Below are positions 26,053 to 39,771 of a DNA stretch of 64,000 bases, piece after piece (positions within the stretch are counted from its first letter, which is position 1; every line of letters begins with the position of its first letter). A program made the translations under genes and the position numbers. The notes under the pieces were generated by a model that worked only from the letters and a program-made list of their open reading frames with translations, did not search any database and had not been told where the DNA came from. This stretch comes from Setoptus koraiensis (Eukaryota; Animalia; Arthropoda), in contig CM106585.1 of assembly GCA_048013815.1 (NCBI GenBank), positions 13,702,001 through 13,766,000 on the forward strand, in the 5' to 3' direction.

Positions 26053-29000
26053 TTAGGGCTTGTCGCTGGATGATGGGGCCTGAGTAGTTGTGGTGGTGGT
26101 TGGGGTCGCTTCTGTGGCAACAGGTGAAGTGGCCTGCTCTGATATTGTTGTTGGCGAAGCAGTAGTAGTACTAGGTTGCTGATCTGACAAAGTTGTGCTA
26201 GGCTGACTTGTTGTTGTCGAGGTTGTTGTTGTTGTTGTTGTGTCTGCGGCCTGAGTGGTTGTGGTCTCAGCACGGGTGGTAGTCTCAGCAGGAGTAGTGG
26301 CCTCGGTAGTTGTGGCGGCCGGAGTGGTGGACATACTTTGTGTAGTAGTAGTGGAGCCAGATGGCGAAGCTAAATCTGTTTCGCTGGCAGCGGTTTCACT
26401 GGAGTTAGTTGTGACGCTCTCGTCCTTGGATTTCTCCACCTCGGCTTCGGACGCCGGTGTTGAACTAGGTGTGGCTTCTGTCACTGGTACGGTTGATCTT
26501 GTTTCTCGTGCATCACCGTCGGCAGCGCTGGTGGCCTTGGGCTCGAAACCATCGTCGGTATTGGCCGTTTCATCGGAACCCGTGGCAGAGGCCGGGGTAG
26601 AGGCCCTCGATTGTGCGCTCTTTCCTCCCTTGGACTCGCTCTCTTGCTGACGTGACTTAGATACCTCGACGTCCTCGTTGGCTTGTTGCTGTTGAGCTCC
26701 TTTCGCCTCTGATTTTGGCTGTTGTTTGCCCGATTGTGCAGGCGATTGTCTATTTTTTGTTGGTTGACCTTTGGCTTTTGGCGCAGGTTCTTGTGGGGCC
26801 TCGGATGTTGCTTGCTGCTGCTCGCCCTTTACGGCTTGCTTGTCTTTGGTTGCTGGCTGCTGCTGTTTTCTTTGTGGCGATCCCTTGGCTTGTTCGCCCG
26901 ACTCTTGCTGTTGTTGTTGATCGGTTCGGCCTCTTTGAGCAGGTGACTTTCTATCATCGGCTTGCTGACCTTTGGCCTCGCCTCCTTTGCCTCCCTTTGC
27001 GGGTGCCTCTTGGGCGTCTGGAACTTGGGTTGTGGTGGTTGTTTCGTCCACTTGCTGCTGACGCTCTTGCTCAACTGGCTCTTGCTGCTGTGGCTTGCTT
27101 CGGCCCTTTTGAGCAGGTGACTTCCTGTCTGCGGGTTGTTGTTGGCCCTTGGCTTCGGCTCCATTGCCTCCCTTTGTTGGGGCTTGTTTTTCCTCTGGGG
27201 CTTGAGTGGTGGTGGTTGTTTCGTCCACTTGTTGTTGACGTTGTTGTTCAACAGGCTCCTCCTCTTGTTGTTGTTGTTGTTGAGCTTTTGCCTCCGATTG
27301 TGGCTGCTTTCTGCCCGATTGTGCAGGCGATTGTCTATTTTTTGTGGGTTGGCTTTTCGCTTTTGTCGAAGGCTCTTGTGGGGCCTCAGATGCTGCTTGT
27401 TCGCCCTTTACGGCTTGTCTGTCTTTGGTCGATGCTGGCTGCTGTTGTTTTCTTTGTGGCGATCCCTTAGCTTGTTCGCCAGACTCTTGCTGTTGTTGCT
27501 GGTCGCTTCGGCCTCTTTGAGCGGGCGACTTCCTGTCTGAAGGTTGCTGTTGACCTTTTGCTTCGGCCCCCTTGCCTCCTTTTGTTGGAGCTTGTTTTTC
27601 CTCTGGGGCTTGGGTGGTGGTGGTTGTTTCGTCCACTTGTTGTTGACGTTGTTGCTCGATAGGCTCTTGCTGTTGTGGCTGGCTTCGGCCCTTCTGTGCA
27701 GGTGACTTCCTGCCTGCGGGTTGTTGTTGGCTCTTGGCTTCGGCTCCCTTGCCTCCCTTTGTGGGCGCCTCTTGAGCCTCTGGAACCTGGGTTGTGGTGG
27801 TTGTTTCGTCCACTTGTTGTTGACGTTGCTGTTCGATGGGCTCTTGTTGCTGTGGCTTGCTTCGGCCTTTCTGAGCGGGTGACTTCCTGCCTGCGGGTTG
27901 TTGTTGACCTTTGGCTTCGGCCCCCTTGCCTCCCTTTGTTGGGGCTTGTTTTTCTTCTGGGGCTTGGGTGGTGGTAGTTGTTTCGTCCACTTGTTGTTGA
28001 CGTTGTTGCTCGATGGGCTCTTGCTGTTGTGGCTTGCTTCGGCCTTTCTGAGCGGGTGACTTCCTGCCTGAAGGTTGTTGTTGCCCTTTGGCTTCGGCTC
28101 CCTTGCCTCCCTTTGTTGGAGCTTTTTCCTCTTCAGGAGCTTGGGTGGTGGTTGTGGTTGTCTCGTCTACTTGTTGTTGACGTTGTTGCTCAACAGGCTC
28201 CTGTTCTTGTTGCTGTCTGCCTTTGACTGCCTGATTAGCATTCGGATTCTGGCGACCCTTTGCTGCTGGAGATTGTCTAGCGGAACTCTTTGCGCCTCCT
28301 TTCACGCCGTCGCGTTGTACTTGTTGTGGTGCCTCAGTGGAGGGTTCAGATTGATCTTGTTCTTGTTGCTGAGCTAGATTTTCTTGCTCTCTAGGGCGGG
28401 CTTTAGCTTTGGCTGGTGCCTCATTTTTGCGCTGACCCTTTCTTTGAGCCGGACTGATTCTTGTTTGTGGTCTGGGTGTGGTAGTCGTTGTAGAGGCATC
28501 CTCTTGCACTTGTTGAGGTTCCTCCTCTTGCTGCTGTTGCTGCTCTGGTTGTTGTTGTTCTGGTTGCTGTTGTTCGGGTTGTTGTTGCTCTGGTTGCTGT
28601 TGTTGTTGTTGACGTCTCTTTTCTGCGGGGCTCACTCTAGATTTAGGTTGAGCTGGTGAGTTGGATTGACCCTTGGCCTCTTGCGGTTGTTGTTTGGGTG
28701 CGGCTTGTCCCTTGACCTCTTGCGGCTGTTGTTTGGGTGCAGCTTGTCCCTTGGCTTGGGCCTCATTTTTGGGTTGACCCTTTCGTTGAGCTGGACTAAT
28801 TCTCGATTGCGGCCTTGCGGTGGTAGTTGTATCGGGCTGCTCCTCTACTTGTTGAGGCTCTTCTTGCTGTTGTTGTTGTTCCGGTTCCTGTTGCTGCTGT
28901 TGTTTTTGCTCTGGTTCCTGTTGCTGTTGTTGTTGCTCTGGTTCCTGTTGCTGCTGTTGTTGCTCTGGTTCCTGTTGCTGCTGTTGTTGCTCTGGTTGCT

Positions 29001-32000
29001 GTTGTTGTTGCTGTTGTTGGCGTCTCTTTTCTGCAGGGCTCACTCTAGATTTAGGTTGTGCTGGTGAGTCGGACTGACCCTTGGCCTCTTGCGGTTGTTG
29101 TTTGGGTGCAGCTTGTCCCTTGGCTTGGGCCTCATTTTTGGGTTGACCCTTTCTTTGAGCTGGACTGATTCTCGATTGCGGTCTTGCAGTGGTAGTTGTA
29201 TCGGGCTGCTCCTCTACTTGTTGAGGCTCTTCTTGTTGAGGCAATTGCTCTTGCTGCTGTTGTTGCTCTGGTTCCTGTTGCTGTTGTTGTTGCTCTGGTT
29301 GCTGTTGTTGTTGCTGTTGTTGGCGTCTCTTTTCTGCAGGGCTCACTCTAGATTTAGGTTGTGCTGGTGAGTCGGACTGACCCTTAGCCTGTTGTGGTTG
29401 TTGTTTGGGTGCAGCTTGTCCCTTGGCTGGGGCTTCATTTTTGGGTTGACCCTTTCTTTGAGCTGGACTGATTCTCGATTGCGGTCTTGCAGTGGTAGTT
29501 GTATCGGGCTGCTCCTCTACTTGCTGAGGCTCTTCTTCTTGCTGAGGCAATTGCTCTTGCTTCTGCTGCTGAACCGGCTCTTCTTGTTCCTTGGGAGCTG
29601 CTTTACCTTTTGCCTCTTGTTTTCTTGTCTTCTCTGGCGCCGGAGCAGGAGTTGTTGTTGTTGCTGACTTGGTTTCCTCTTTCACCTGCTGAGGCTCCTC
29701 TTCTTGCTGCTGTTGTTGCTGTTGCGGTTCTTCTTCTTTTTGTTGCACTTCCTTTTGTTGTGGCTCTTCCTCTTGTTGCAACTGCTTTTGTTCGGGTTCC
29801 TCTTCTTGCTGCTGTTGCTGCTGCTGTGGTTCCTGTTGTTGTCTCACTGGAGCTTGGGTAGTTGTTGTTGGGGCCGACTTTGTGCTTTCCTGGCTTTTAA
29901 CTTGTTGCCGTTCCTCTTCTTGCACCTGCTGAGGTATCTCCTCCTCAAGTTGTTGCTGTTGTTGTTGCTGCTGTTGTATGGGCTCCTCTTCTGTTTGTTG
30001 CTGTTGGATTGGCTCACTCTTGCTGACCGGTGCTTGAGTGGTTGTTTGTGGCTCTGGCTCCTCTTTAACCTGTTGCTGTTGCTCTTCCTCTTGTTGCTGT
30101 TGCTGCTGTTGTGGCTGCTCCTCATCGATTTTACGCAACTCTTCTATCTGTTGTTGTTGTGTGAGCTCCTGTTTCTCTTGAACTTGTTGCTGTTGCTCCT
30201 CTTGTTTTGTTTGAACAATTTCCTCTTTCTTTTGCTGATTTTGTTCTTGTTGCTGTTGCTGGTCCAATTGTTTCAATTCGTCCTCTTGTTGTTGTTGTTG
30301 CTGCTGTTGCTGTTGCACGGGCTCCTCCTCTCTCAGTTGTTGTTGCTGCTGTTGTTGTTGAACTGGCTCCTGCTTTTTAGCTGCACCCTTCGACTGGCCT
30401 CTAACTCTTTGGGCCGGCGAGCGCATTCTCTCATTCACCTGAGGCTCAACTCTACGACTTGGAGTACCTTTGGCCGGGGCCTGAGTGGTTGTGCTTGGTT
30501 GGGCTCTTAGTTGCTGCTCCTCTTCCTGTTGAAGCGCTTGCTGTTGCTGTTGTTGTGATTCAATGTCATTGGCGATCAATTGTTGCTGCAGTTGTTGTTG
30601 CAATTGTAGTTGTTGCTGTTGCAAGCGTTGTTGCTCCAATTGCTGTTGTTGCAATTGTTGCTGTTGACGCTGTTGTAGCTGAAGTTGTTGCTGTTGGATC
30701 TGTTGTTGTATACGTTGTTGTTGTATACGTTGTTGTTGTCTTTGTTGCTGGAGCTGTTGCTGGCGGGCGCGATTACCCGGCGAATTAGAGACATTTGATT
30801 GGTCACCTTTGCCTGCTTTAGCCAATTGACCAGGCGATTGTCTGGCACCGGAATCAGCGCCAGCTTGATATTGGGGTCTAGTTTTACTGGCCGCGGCGGC
30901 ATAGTATTCTATATTGTTATTGTTTGATGGACCATCAGCTAAACTCATGTAATGGTGTGGAGAGTGGTCATCTGGTGCTGGCCAGCCGGCTGGTTGAGCT
31001 GGCGCCGATCCAGCAGCCGGCTGATTCCAAGCTTGAGCTGGGGCTGGTGCGTATTGAGGTGGCGATTGAATTGAGTTTATATTGCCGTTCACTCTGTAAC
31101 CGTTTGGGCCTGATCCTTCGCCAGATTCGTCCACAGCAACAATATTGTCGCTTTCACCTACATCCGGTTTGATGGCTCTGCCATTGTCGCTGCTTCGTCT
31201 GCATGGCGACGAGCTACCAAGCGAGCTGGGCCAGTTACAAACGCTCACAGATTCGTCAAATTCCAAGCCTATAACAGTGATTATTGGATAACAATTATCA
31301 CGACAGTGATAAGGCACACATGTTAGATAATTGGTGATGATTGAAGAAAATTCATGATGAAAATCATACATTCATGAGCATTCATGCACAGATGACAACG
31401 ATTAAGATTGATGATGATGTTTGCTCATTATCAAGCGATAACGGCTCTGCATCAGCTTAATGCAGCTTCTGCATCAATTATGATCGTTTAATAGTCATTC
31501 GCTTTTCTTCGCTCACAATGCACGTCTAGTAAAAGTATAGTTGAACCTGGCTGGCTGGTTGCTTATCACTATTGCATGATACGCATAACACCAACCCACG
31601 CATACTGGCAAGACGAGTGCGCGTAGACTGCTCTATGGAAACTTGTTCTCTTTGGCTCAGGTAACTTTGTCACTCGTTCGTATTACTTGTATGCATTAGC
31701 AGCACATACAATAATTTAATAATAATAATGATGTCTTATACAATCAATCATTGGCGTTATGCAATTATAGAATGCTGCAATGTTGCATATAAGTTAAATT
31801 GTTCACCGTAGACAGCTCGCACTTACCTGCTGGACAATCGAAGCTGTAGACTTGAAATTTGCCCGAGTTCCATGCGTCGACACATCGGAAAAATTTTGAG
31901 CAATCATTTGGGTTGGTGAAGAATCCCTCACTCTGACATTGATATTGTTGCCCGTTAGCTGTCGCAAAGGCCCAACTGGCCAACACGACAACTAGGAGGC

Positions 32001-32022
32001 CTAGTATCCGGTTGTTTAACAT
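26053..32022 (-). CDS. Secreted chitin-binding (CBM14/peritrophin-A) Gln/Thr-rich repetitive mucin-like protein, about 1803 aa, exons 32022-31827 and 31268-26053
   Basis: Signal peptide; YQCQSEGFFTNPNDCSKFFRC..FDCPAG|LEFDESVSVCNWP..C is completed across a 558-bp GTAAGT..TAG intron. Long tandem repeats follow. Confidence 0.9.
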
Positions 32023-35000
32023 TGTCCGATGTAACTGGTTTTGTTTGTTTGCGTCGATGAATTGTGTGCAGTGATTACTAATGATAGATCAAATCAAAAT
32101 TAATATAGTGAATTGTTCTATAAATAGTCTATAATTTGATAGTCTTGATAGTAGTATAACTTAAAAATTGTTTTGTATTATTTCACTACCTATTATCTAC
32201 TAATTGTGACTATTATTACTTTTAATTGTTATTATACTTGAAATTGCAATATTTCAATGTTGATTAATTCACTAGAGATTATATTCTAGCAATGAGTGAT
32301 TATTTTGAATGGTTTCATTTATATGTGAAATATTGTTCAGCATATATCAGCCTCATATATTGTTTGTTTAAATGTGTTAGTGATCTTTTCATCTAACCAC
32401 AATATATGATGATTATTTTTGTTTATCTATTGGGCACGTACCTCAAAATAAATGATATTCCGATAATGTCAGTCAATATCTTTTACTACTACTGCTAATA
32501 GAATACTTTTCTAATGGTTACACGTTCCACAATGCTCCTCCTCCGCCTAGTGCCTGGAGAGATGCTATACTGTTTATAATTATACTCAGTTTTAAGTGGC
32601 ACTAATTAGTAAATGCTCTCGCTAACCAAGTGATGATGACGAATTTAGTTGTGGTTAAATAAGGTGCAGCATATAGTATGAGAGTGTATAGTGATAAAGG
32701 AGCTATTTGTTATAATTAGTGACGACTATTCTTTGTACCCTACTGTGCTGTGTGTTTGATATTCCTAACAATATTCGCAACATGCAGTCATCGGGTTGTT
32801 AATCAGGAAAACACTTTATGAATCATCGGTAATGATCCTGCGTGCAACACTAAACTCTCTGGTTGGTTAGATCCATCGAAGAAGCGAATCCACTACCAGG
32901 TGATGAGCTAGACTAATAAAGTTGAGCTAGACTTGCACACAAACAGACAGACAGAGAGTGAGAGATAGAGTGAAGCCATTTTGTGGAGTTGAGATGTTAT
33001 TGATTAGCTGGGGATAGCGATGGATATCTGCATGTATCAATCAATTGAGAGTTGAGTTTGTCACATCTATTCAGCGAACACTTACAACGCTGCCGCTGAC
33101 GATAAGCATCTATTCTGTGTCGGCGCTTTCATTTGGGTTTCATCTGTGTTACACTATTACGACAATCTTTCAAAACTGTTTAGTAAGAACGAGTTTTCAT
33201 TCTTATTTGTTGTGTTGAGTTGCGTTTGTTATTTTACAACGAATCTTTAAATTATCTCAATACCTGCAAAATTGTTTGTTATCTCTCAACGCTGGCTGCC
33301 ATGTAATGCCAGTATAAGTGCACCCTCAGTACCGTCATCGATAACATTAGGCAACCCGGCTCTGGTATGCACAAGACCGGAAGGGTGGCGGAGGCTCGCT
33401 CTGAAACGTGTCAGTGCGAAACAACTCGCGAGAGGTGTGTTCTTTGGAACTCGCTTGCCAGCGCTAGCTTGCCAGTGGCTGCTGTTACTACCAAAGACAG
33501 AGTTTAGGCAGACAAAGCGGGGAGGGGGGCAGCAGCAGCGATTACGTGCGAGCAATGCACGTGATCGCACGTGCCGTGCTATCATTGTCCGCCTCCCGCG
33601 TGCAACTTGGCCAACTTGTGCGCTGTGCACAAGGTAGGGCTGACTGCTTGTGTGCGCGCTGTCAATATTTTACCATTGAAGCCATTTTTGTGTGTGCGAA
33701 ACTATTTTTTCGTGCGCAAACTGCAGCGCAAAATCCCTGACTTTTTGCCATCAACAGCGCGCTTTTGGCGCTGCGTTGCTCCAACTATTCAACAAACTAC
33801 CGACGATGCTGAGCGTGCACTGCGTGAGGTGCATCATCCCACACAAATGCATTTTATGCGATCGGTGTGCGCACCCATTGAAGGCATTTTTGCGCACCGC
33901 CACTAGCAGCAAAACGGCTGTAAGGGCCGAAAGTGAGCGCCGCAGAGCCATAAGGCTCACAATTTGTCAATTAGTGCGTTGCTGTGGCAAATCTGTTGAA
34001 AGCAACAATTTGTCCCGATGCGCGCCCAATAATTGATAATGGCTCGAATTGCTAATTTGAGCATAGTGCCGAGTCCAAATTGCCGCGAATGTGTCGTCGG
34101 CGTGGGACACTTTCGGCGTGTTCGTAGTGGCGCTGACGCCAGCGCCCACAAGCTTCGAATTGAATAAAAGGCTGAATTTTATAATGCTGAACAGAAACGT
34201 CTTATCTTGGTCTAACGATCTATCTTGGTTGCCAAGATAAATCTTGCGACAGGCAAACATTTGAGCATCGGCATCGTGAGCGGTGCCAGCACAAAATTGT
34301 ATGTCTGAATAGAGTGTTTGTTTCTCGGAATTTGCACCCCCGTTCGTCTGGCGATTACCCAATTCGCTCTTGGTGAAACTGGCAATTGTATAACATCACG
34401 AGTTACATTGACTATTGGCAAATAGTCCTGGGAACACACCAACATGTACGCCAGACAGATAGATAAGTCGCTTTTTTATGTAACTCTATGCTGTATGAAT
34501 TTTGCGATTGAGTTAATTTATGTTCGATCGATAAGCGAGCGAGACAGAGAGAAATAGAAAAAAAGAAGTTGTTTTTAGAAGGTGTCTAATGTTGGTCGGA
34601 TCCAATTCTGAGTATTGCACTTTCGCCACCACAATCACACACACACACACACAACAGCTTGTGTGTATGTGTAAATGAGAGTGTCTACTTTTGGCACTTT
34701 GTTTGAAGAGTTACTAATTAATTAATTTCGTTGCTTCCTACTCTCTCCCTCCCAACACATTGTATAAACGAGAGACAAACGTTGCGTCGCTGCAATTAAA
34801 TTATCATTTCTTCTATCAACTTTTGCTCACACACTGCAGACAGGTAGATAAAGCTGAACAGAGTAATAGACGAAGATGATTGTGCCATTAGCAAACAAGC
34901 GAGCTGCTCGTTGCAAGCACCAACCAGTTAAGTTATTATTGCACCAACACGTACACCGTCCGTGGTGCAGCAGGTTGTTGTTGTTGTTTTATTTGGCGCA

Positions 35001-37600
35001 TTATTTTCGTCACCGAATTGATCAATCTTGTAACGGCACTTTGTCTACCACAATCACAACCACTGGCGCTGGCAACACCGCCAGACAGGTTCAAAGTCGC
35101 ATAAGTTTCGCTCTTGCTGCGTCTCGCTGTATCTCGCTGCATTAATTAATCAAAATTTTCGACCCTCTATTATTATTACTATTATTATACGAGCCACTAT
35201 TGCAATAATGGGCCTGCCGCAGAACAGACGCCACAACTGGGTGCCGTTGCGAAAATATTCTCCATTCTAACATCGGTATCAATTGATGATGATCAATTGC
35301 ATCTCAGCATTTGCGTGTCTCTCTTTTTTTGTTTGTTTGTTTATTGTTGGTTTTATCGGGTTTTTCTCTCTAGCGTAATAGTGGAGTTGCAGTTGTTGTT
35401 GGTGTATCAACTGTACAATATAAACAGAATAATGTTAGTTTAGTAGCAAACATAAACTATCAAGTAACCAAGTTATCTCAGCTTATTACTACAGCGCTTA
35501 CATTTTCACAATATTACTGTAAAGAATTCATGTAGTAAATTATGCGCGTCACATATCATCATCATCATCGTATCATTTATGATGATAATAGAGGAGAATT
35601 GCCTCGCCAAGTTATCGATAGATAACTGAGAGATTACTAAATCTCTTGTCTCTGTGTTACAGTCACCTCCTCAGCCATTGAATCACAAGCGCAAATTAAA
35701 CTACTAATGATCTCTGAGATAGTTTTCGTGTGTCTGTTGGCCCGCCTGAGCCGACAACCGGCAACCGGCGGGTGGTTAGGCGAGCAGCGACTACACTTTA
35801 CACAACAACGCAGCCAACGGTAATGAGGAGATAAACGCTTTTGAAAGAAATGATAATTCTTCCCTTGATCATGTAATTAGCACTTGATTCACCGTTAGCG
35901 GCTTGAATTGCCTGTCGCTGGCACTGTCTCACTGGATTCTAGAGTCTAGAAATCAATTTGGTGCTCAGTCTCAACGGTTTGCACGTGCCTGCCATTGCCT
36001 CATAGCCGCTCGCAGCGATTAAACTCGGTTTAGAGTACATTCTGTCGGCAGCATAGATCACAATCAATACTGATAGTTAGACAGGGTTATTAATTACCAA
36101 TGGAAGCACACACAAAAGGGAGAAGGCACCTGATAACGTGATGGTTTTGTCCATTGCAGGCACATCATGGCCGCCATCACGGCAAACATTATTATGGCAA
36201 ACAATTTAATCGAAAGTGTGTATAGCCCATGATTTACAGCCATGAATACACAACTTACACAAGGTACAAGGAGCCAGCATATTTGCCAGATATTTGCCGC
36301 TCGACAGAGCGCAAAAATGATGATTGCTGCCACGTTATAAATTGAGCTGGGTAAATATAAATTACGACCATGCTGTTGGTTTTGTCATTGTTATTATTAT
36401 CGTTATTATCAGCGACTTCCACTCGGATAACAACAATCTTGGTGCGTCAGGCTGTCATGCCACTTGTTGCTGTTGCTGGCGTACGTTCAATTCTTCTCAA
36501 TTGTCAGCCCCACTGACATCACCGCGAAATAATAGTAGCTTGGGTGCACACAGGTGTAATACAACGTAATTGCAGATTGATTATGTGTACACTGTGTATA
36601 GTTAATCTGATCAGGGAGACACACATCGACTGTTGAATTGAATCAATTAATTTGATTGCTGTTCGACTTGATGATGAACGATCTGGTGACAAGCGTCTGA
36701 CGATCGAATGCGTGAATATATTATTCAACAATGATTAAATCGACTCCGACGCCTAATCCCACGGCAAGCACTGTCGAGCAACTCAAGCGTCTCATGGAAG
36801 CGCTGACGCAATGTTGTTTAATGCACAATGGCAAACAGACAAATTGTTGTATGTTGTGTTGCATTATGTAGCCATGTTGCTGTCGATTTGCTTGTTTGTT
36901 TGTTTAGCCGGAGACAACGCCGCCGAAAACGATTGATCGCTCACAAATTATTGAGTATTGGCAAACACAGTTTCATTCAGGGGTCAATAAGTTGCCGTTT
37001 AGAGTCTAAATTTGTCGACAGCTCTATTTGGCCAGAAGAACAGATGCTGGCTGCATGACGTCATGGTGTGCGCGAATTTCTTTCTTGTTTGAAAAGTTTG
37101 TTTATGGCACTTGCCGGCCAGGTGAGCTGTTTGGCAATAGGCAATAAGCCGGCGTGGAAGTGAGATAAACAACAATGACAATGAAATTCGCTGTGTTCGG
37201 CCACATTTATATTTATGTTTATTTGTGGCAAGAGCCAGTCAACCATTGAGGCTGTTTGTGTGTGCTGACAGAGCCGACAGAGCTGATAGAGCTGATAGAG
37301 GTGCAAAAATTGTCATCGCCACACAACTTTAAAAAATTATCCGTGCCCGTCTGCGATCAGACGGCCTCGATGTCCGATTGTAATTTACAATTTGCAAGTT
37401 GCACAACACACACTCACAACAAGTTGTTGCCAGAGCCACTACAAACTGTATCAGAATGTTTGTCTCATTAGATTGAGACATCGGCGTGGCCAGGAGTGTG
37501 GCGGTTGAGTGTAATTATTTCCGCACCCGCTTGTTTGGCGCCCGACAATGACACTCTCAGCGAGCAAATTATCTCCGCCGCCACACGAGCAACAGGCGAT

Positions 37601-37678
37601 ACAACGACAACAACAACGACAACAACAACGACAACAACAACGACAACAACGACAACAACGACAACAACGACAACAACA
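37601..37678. repeat. (ACA/ACG)n microsatellite
   Basis: Directly visible. Confidence 0.9.
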
Positions 37679-39290
37679 GGTAGCCCGAAGGCCTGATATC
37701 TTTATATCGTGGCAGCGAAATAAAGTTGTTCTTCGAAAATTCTCTCCACTCTAAAACAACAACAAGCGCCGCATATAAATAAGCGGCGCTGAATTTCACG
37801 CTACGATTTTCGCCTGATTAGTCAGTGCGCGCAAATCGTCAAGAGAAGAATCACGGGATAGTCGACAAAAATATTCACAGATATTGAAACGCTTGCCGAG
37901 CGACTGGCTCAAAATTGATTTTTATGTTTCGAGCGCACTGTCTAACCAAGATTCTAATTAGCCATTGTTGCATTAATGCAGACTGCTGATCATCAAACGT
38001 ATGGCTGAATTGTTGCCAGCGCTAATTGTTATTGATGAGCTGAGAGGCATGTAGCGACGAGGCTCTTTAATAGATTCAACTTGTGAATGGCGCCGATATA
38101 AAGGCGAGCTCCGGTCTTGGTTCATCTCGTTTCGATCCTCTATCATCTTCGATCGGGCTCAACACCTTGAACTACACTGTTTCAAGCCCAAGTTTATCTG
38201 TCTATTTTCTCTCAATAGTAATCAATTAGTGAATTGAGAATTAAGAATTAGAAATTAGAAGAGCCATTGTTGTTGCTGTTGTTGTTGTTGTGTCGCTGCT
38301 GCTAACAAGTTCGGCCGAACCGGCAATGCTGTCAGTCGACTAACCAGTCGAAATAACGGCTACAGCACACATGCATAAATTAAATACCACCACGGGCCGC
38401 TCAATTGGATATCATTGTTGGATTTCGTTGCCATAGTTACCATCCATGAATCATCATTGCTAGCGCTCATACTACACTATTTATATACCAGATAAGTTCA
38501 GTTAGCGTCAGTGCGATCTCGAGGCGACTCTGGCTCGCCTGCCTCTGTATTGATTGGATTGAGTTTCATATCACTATTATTACACTTGTTCGAGCTTCTC
38601 GCAAGCGTGTTCACACGCTTGCACAAAGAACATCACCTGTCAGTGGAATTGTTCGACGAGCTAATTAGATGTGTTCGAATGAATGAGCTTGAACTCGGCA
38701 CATCAAGACGCTCGCTTCAAAGGTGGCCAACTGTTTATGCATAAATGAAAGAAGCGTAACTATTGTCTGCACTACAATAGCATCAATGGTTCTTTTCATT
38801 GATTTCGTTGATCATCCTCTCTCTTTCAGGCCACGCTCTTTGTTGCTGTTGTTGTCGTTGTTGTTATTGTTGCTGTTGCTGCTACTGCTGTGATACAACA
38901 GCAACAACAAAGCATGTTTTATCACACTAATCGATAGATGCCAGTAATTGACAGTAATCAAATTTCGTGAAACCCTATGGCTATTATTATTACCATATCA
39001 ACCACACGATGACGATCATGATCTTGAGAAACCGGTAAACTGTTCTCTAAAGTCATGTAATGAGAAGAGCGGCCGTCGAATATCCAGTCAGTGCGGATGC
39101 AACATTCGCTGAACGGCGGCCACTTGCAACAACCTGTTGAACAGATAAGCGATCTAAAGCAAATTCAGTTTGGCAAGCTCGTCAATTGTCGCTGGGTAGT
39201 GAGAGAGAGAGCATAGATACGGGGGCTCGTGAGCTCATGCTCACGGGCCACCGACGGTCGAAAAACGCCTAGCAATACTGGGATGTCACA

Positions 39291-39373
39291 ATTGATGATC
39301 TCTCTTTCTTGTCGCCGGTGTCATGCAGATCTCCGCATCAATATGACCCGCTAGTAACGATGACCCCTGCAAT
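39291..39373 (+). repeat. Diverged copy of the protease stop codon/3'UTR region (41803-41906)
   Basis: attgatgatctctctttcttgtcgcc vs attggtgatctctcattcttgttgcc, followed by a 53-bp ungapped match (45/53). Confidence 0.8.
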
Positions 39374-39771
39374 CGGTGTAGAGTATACATGCAGATTGAA
39401 ATATATTTGACAATTATTACTTCGTATATTGGGCCACGCGTACCAACCAGCAAGCTTGTAAAATCTCTCTTGGCCCTTTTTTGCAGTTTATCTGCCCGCA
39501 TTTACCCTGATGATGAATGACAGAGTGCGGCCAGAAATAGCATCATCACTTGAAATTTTGATTCAATAATGGATATAAATAGTCCATCCTTGCGACTAAA
39601 AATTGCAACTGCAAAAATTGCAAAAAATGATTCAACTTTTCTCTCTTTGTGGTTGTTGCTATTCGTATCCATACTCCCGTCATATTCCAGTTAGTTTTAC
39701 TCACTACTACAATAATTCCGAACTGAGATAACCTCTTCAAGTTCTCTTAACCCTCTTGCTTCGAAGATAGC

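Noticed and set aside
26255-31172. Many + strand Leu/Val/Cys-rich ORFs
   Set aside because: Antisense shadows of the CAA/CAG-rich mucin gene.
33272-34445. Cluster of overlapping 60-130-aa ORFs in GC-richer DNA
   Set aside because: No recognisable domain, mostly non-ATG starts, no consistent splice chain.
35663-36333. Candidate + strand exons and a hydrophobic - strand ORF
   Set aside because: Splice sites present but no coherent protein could be assembled.
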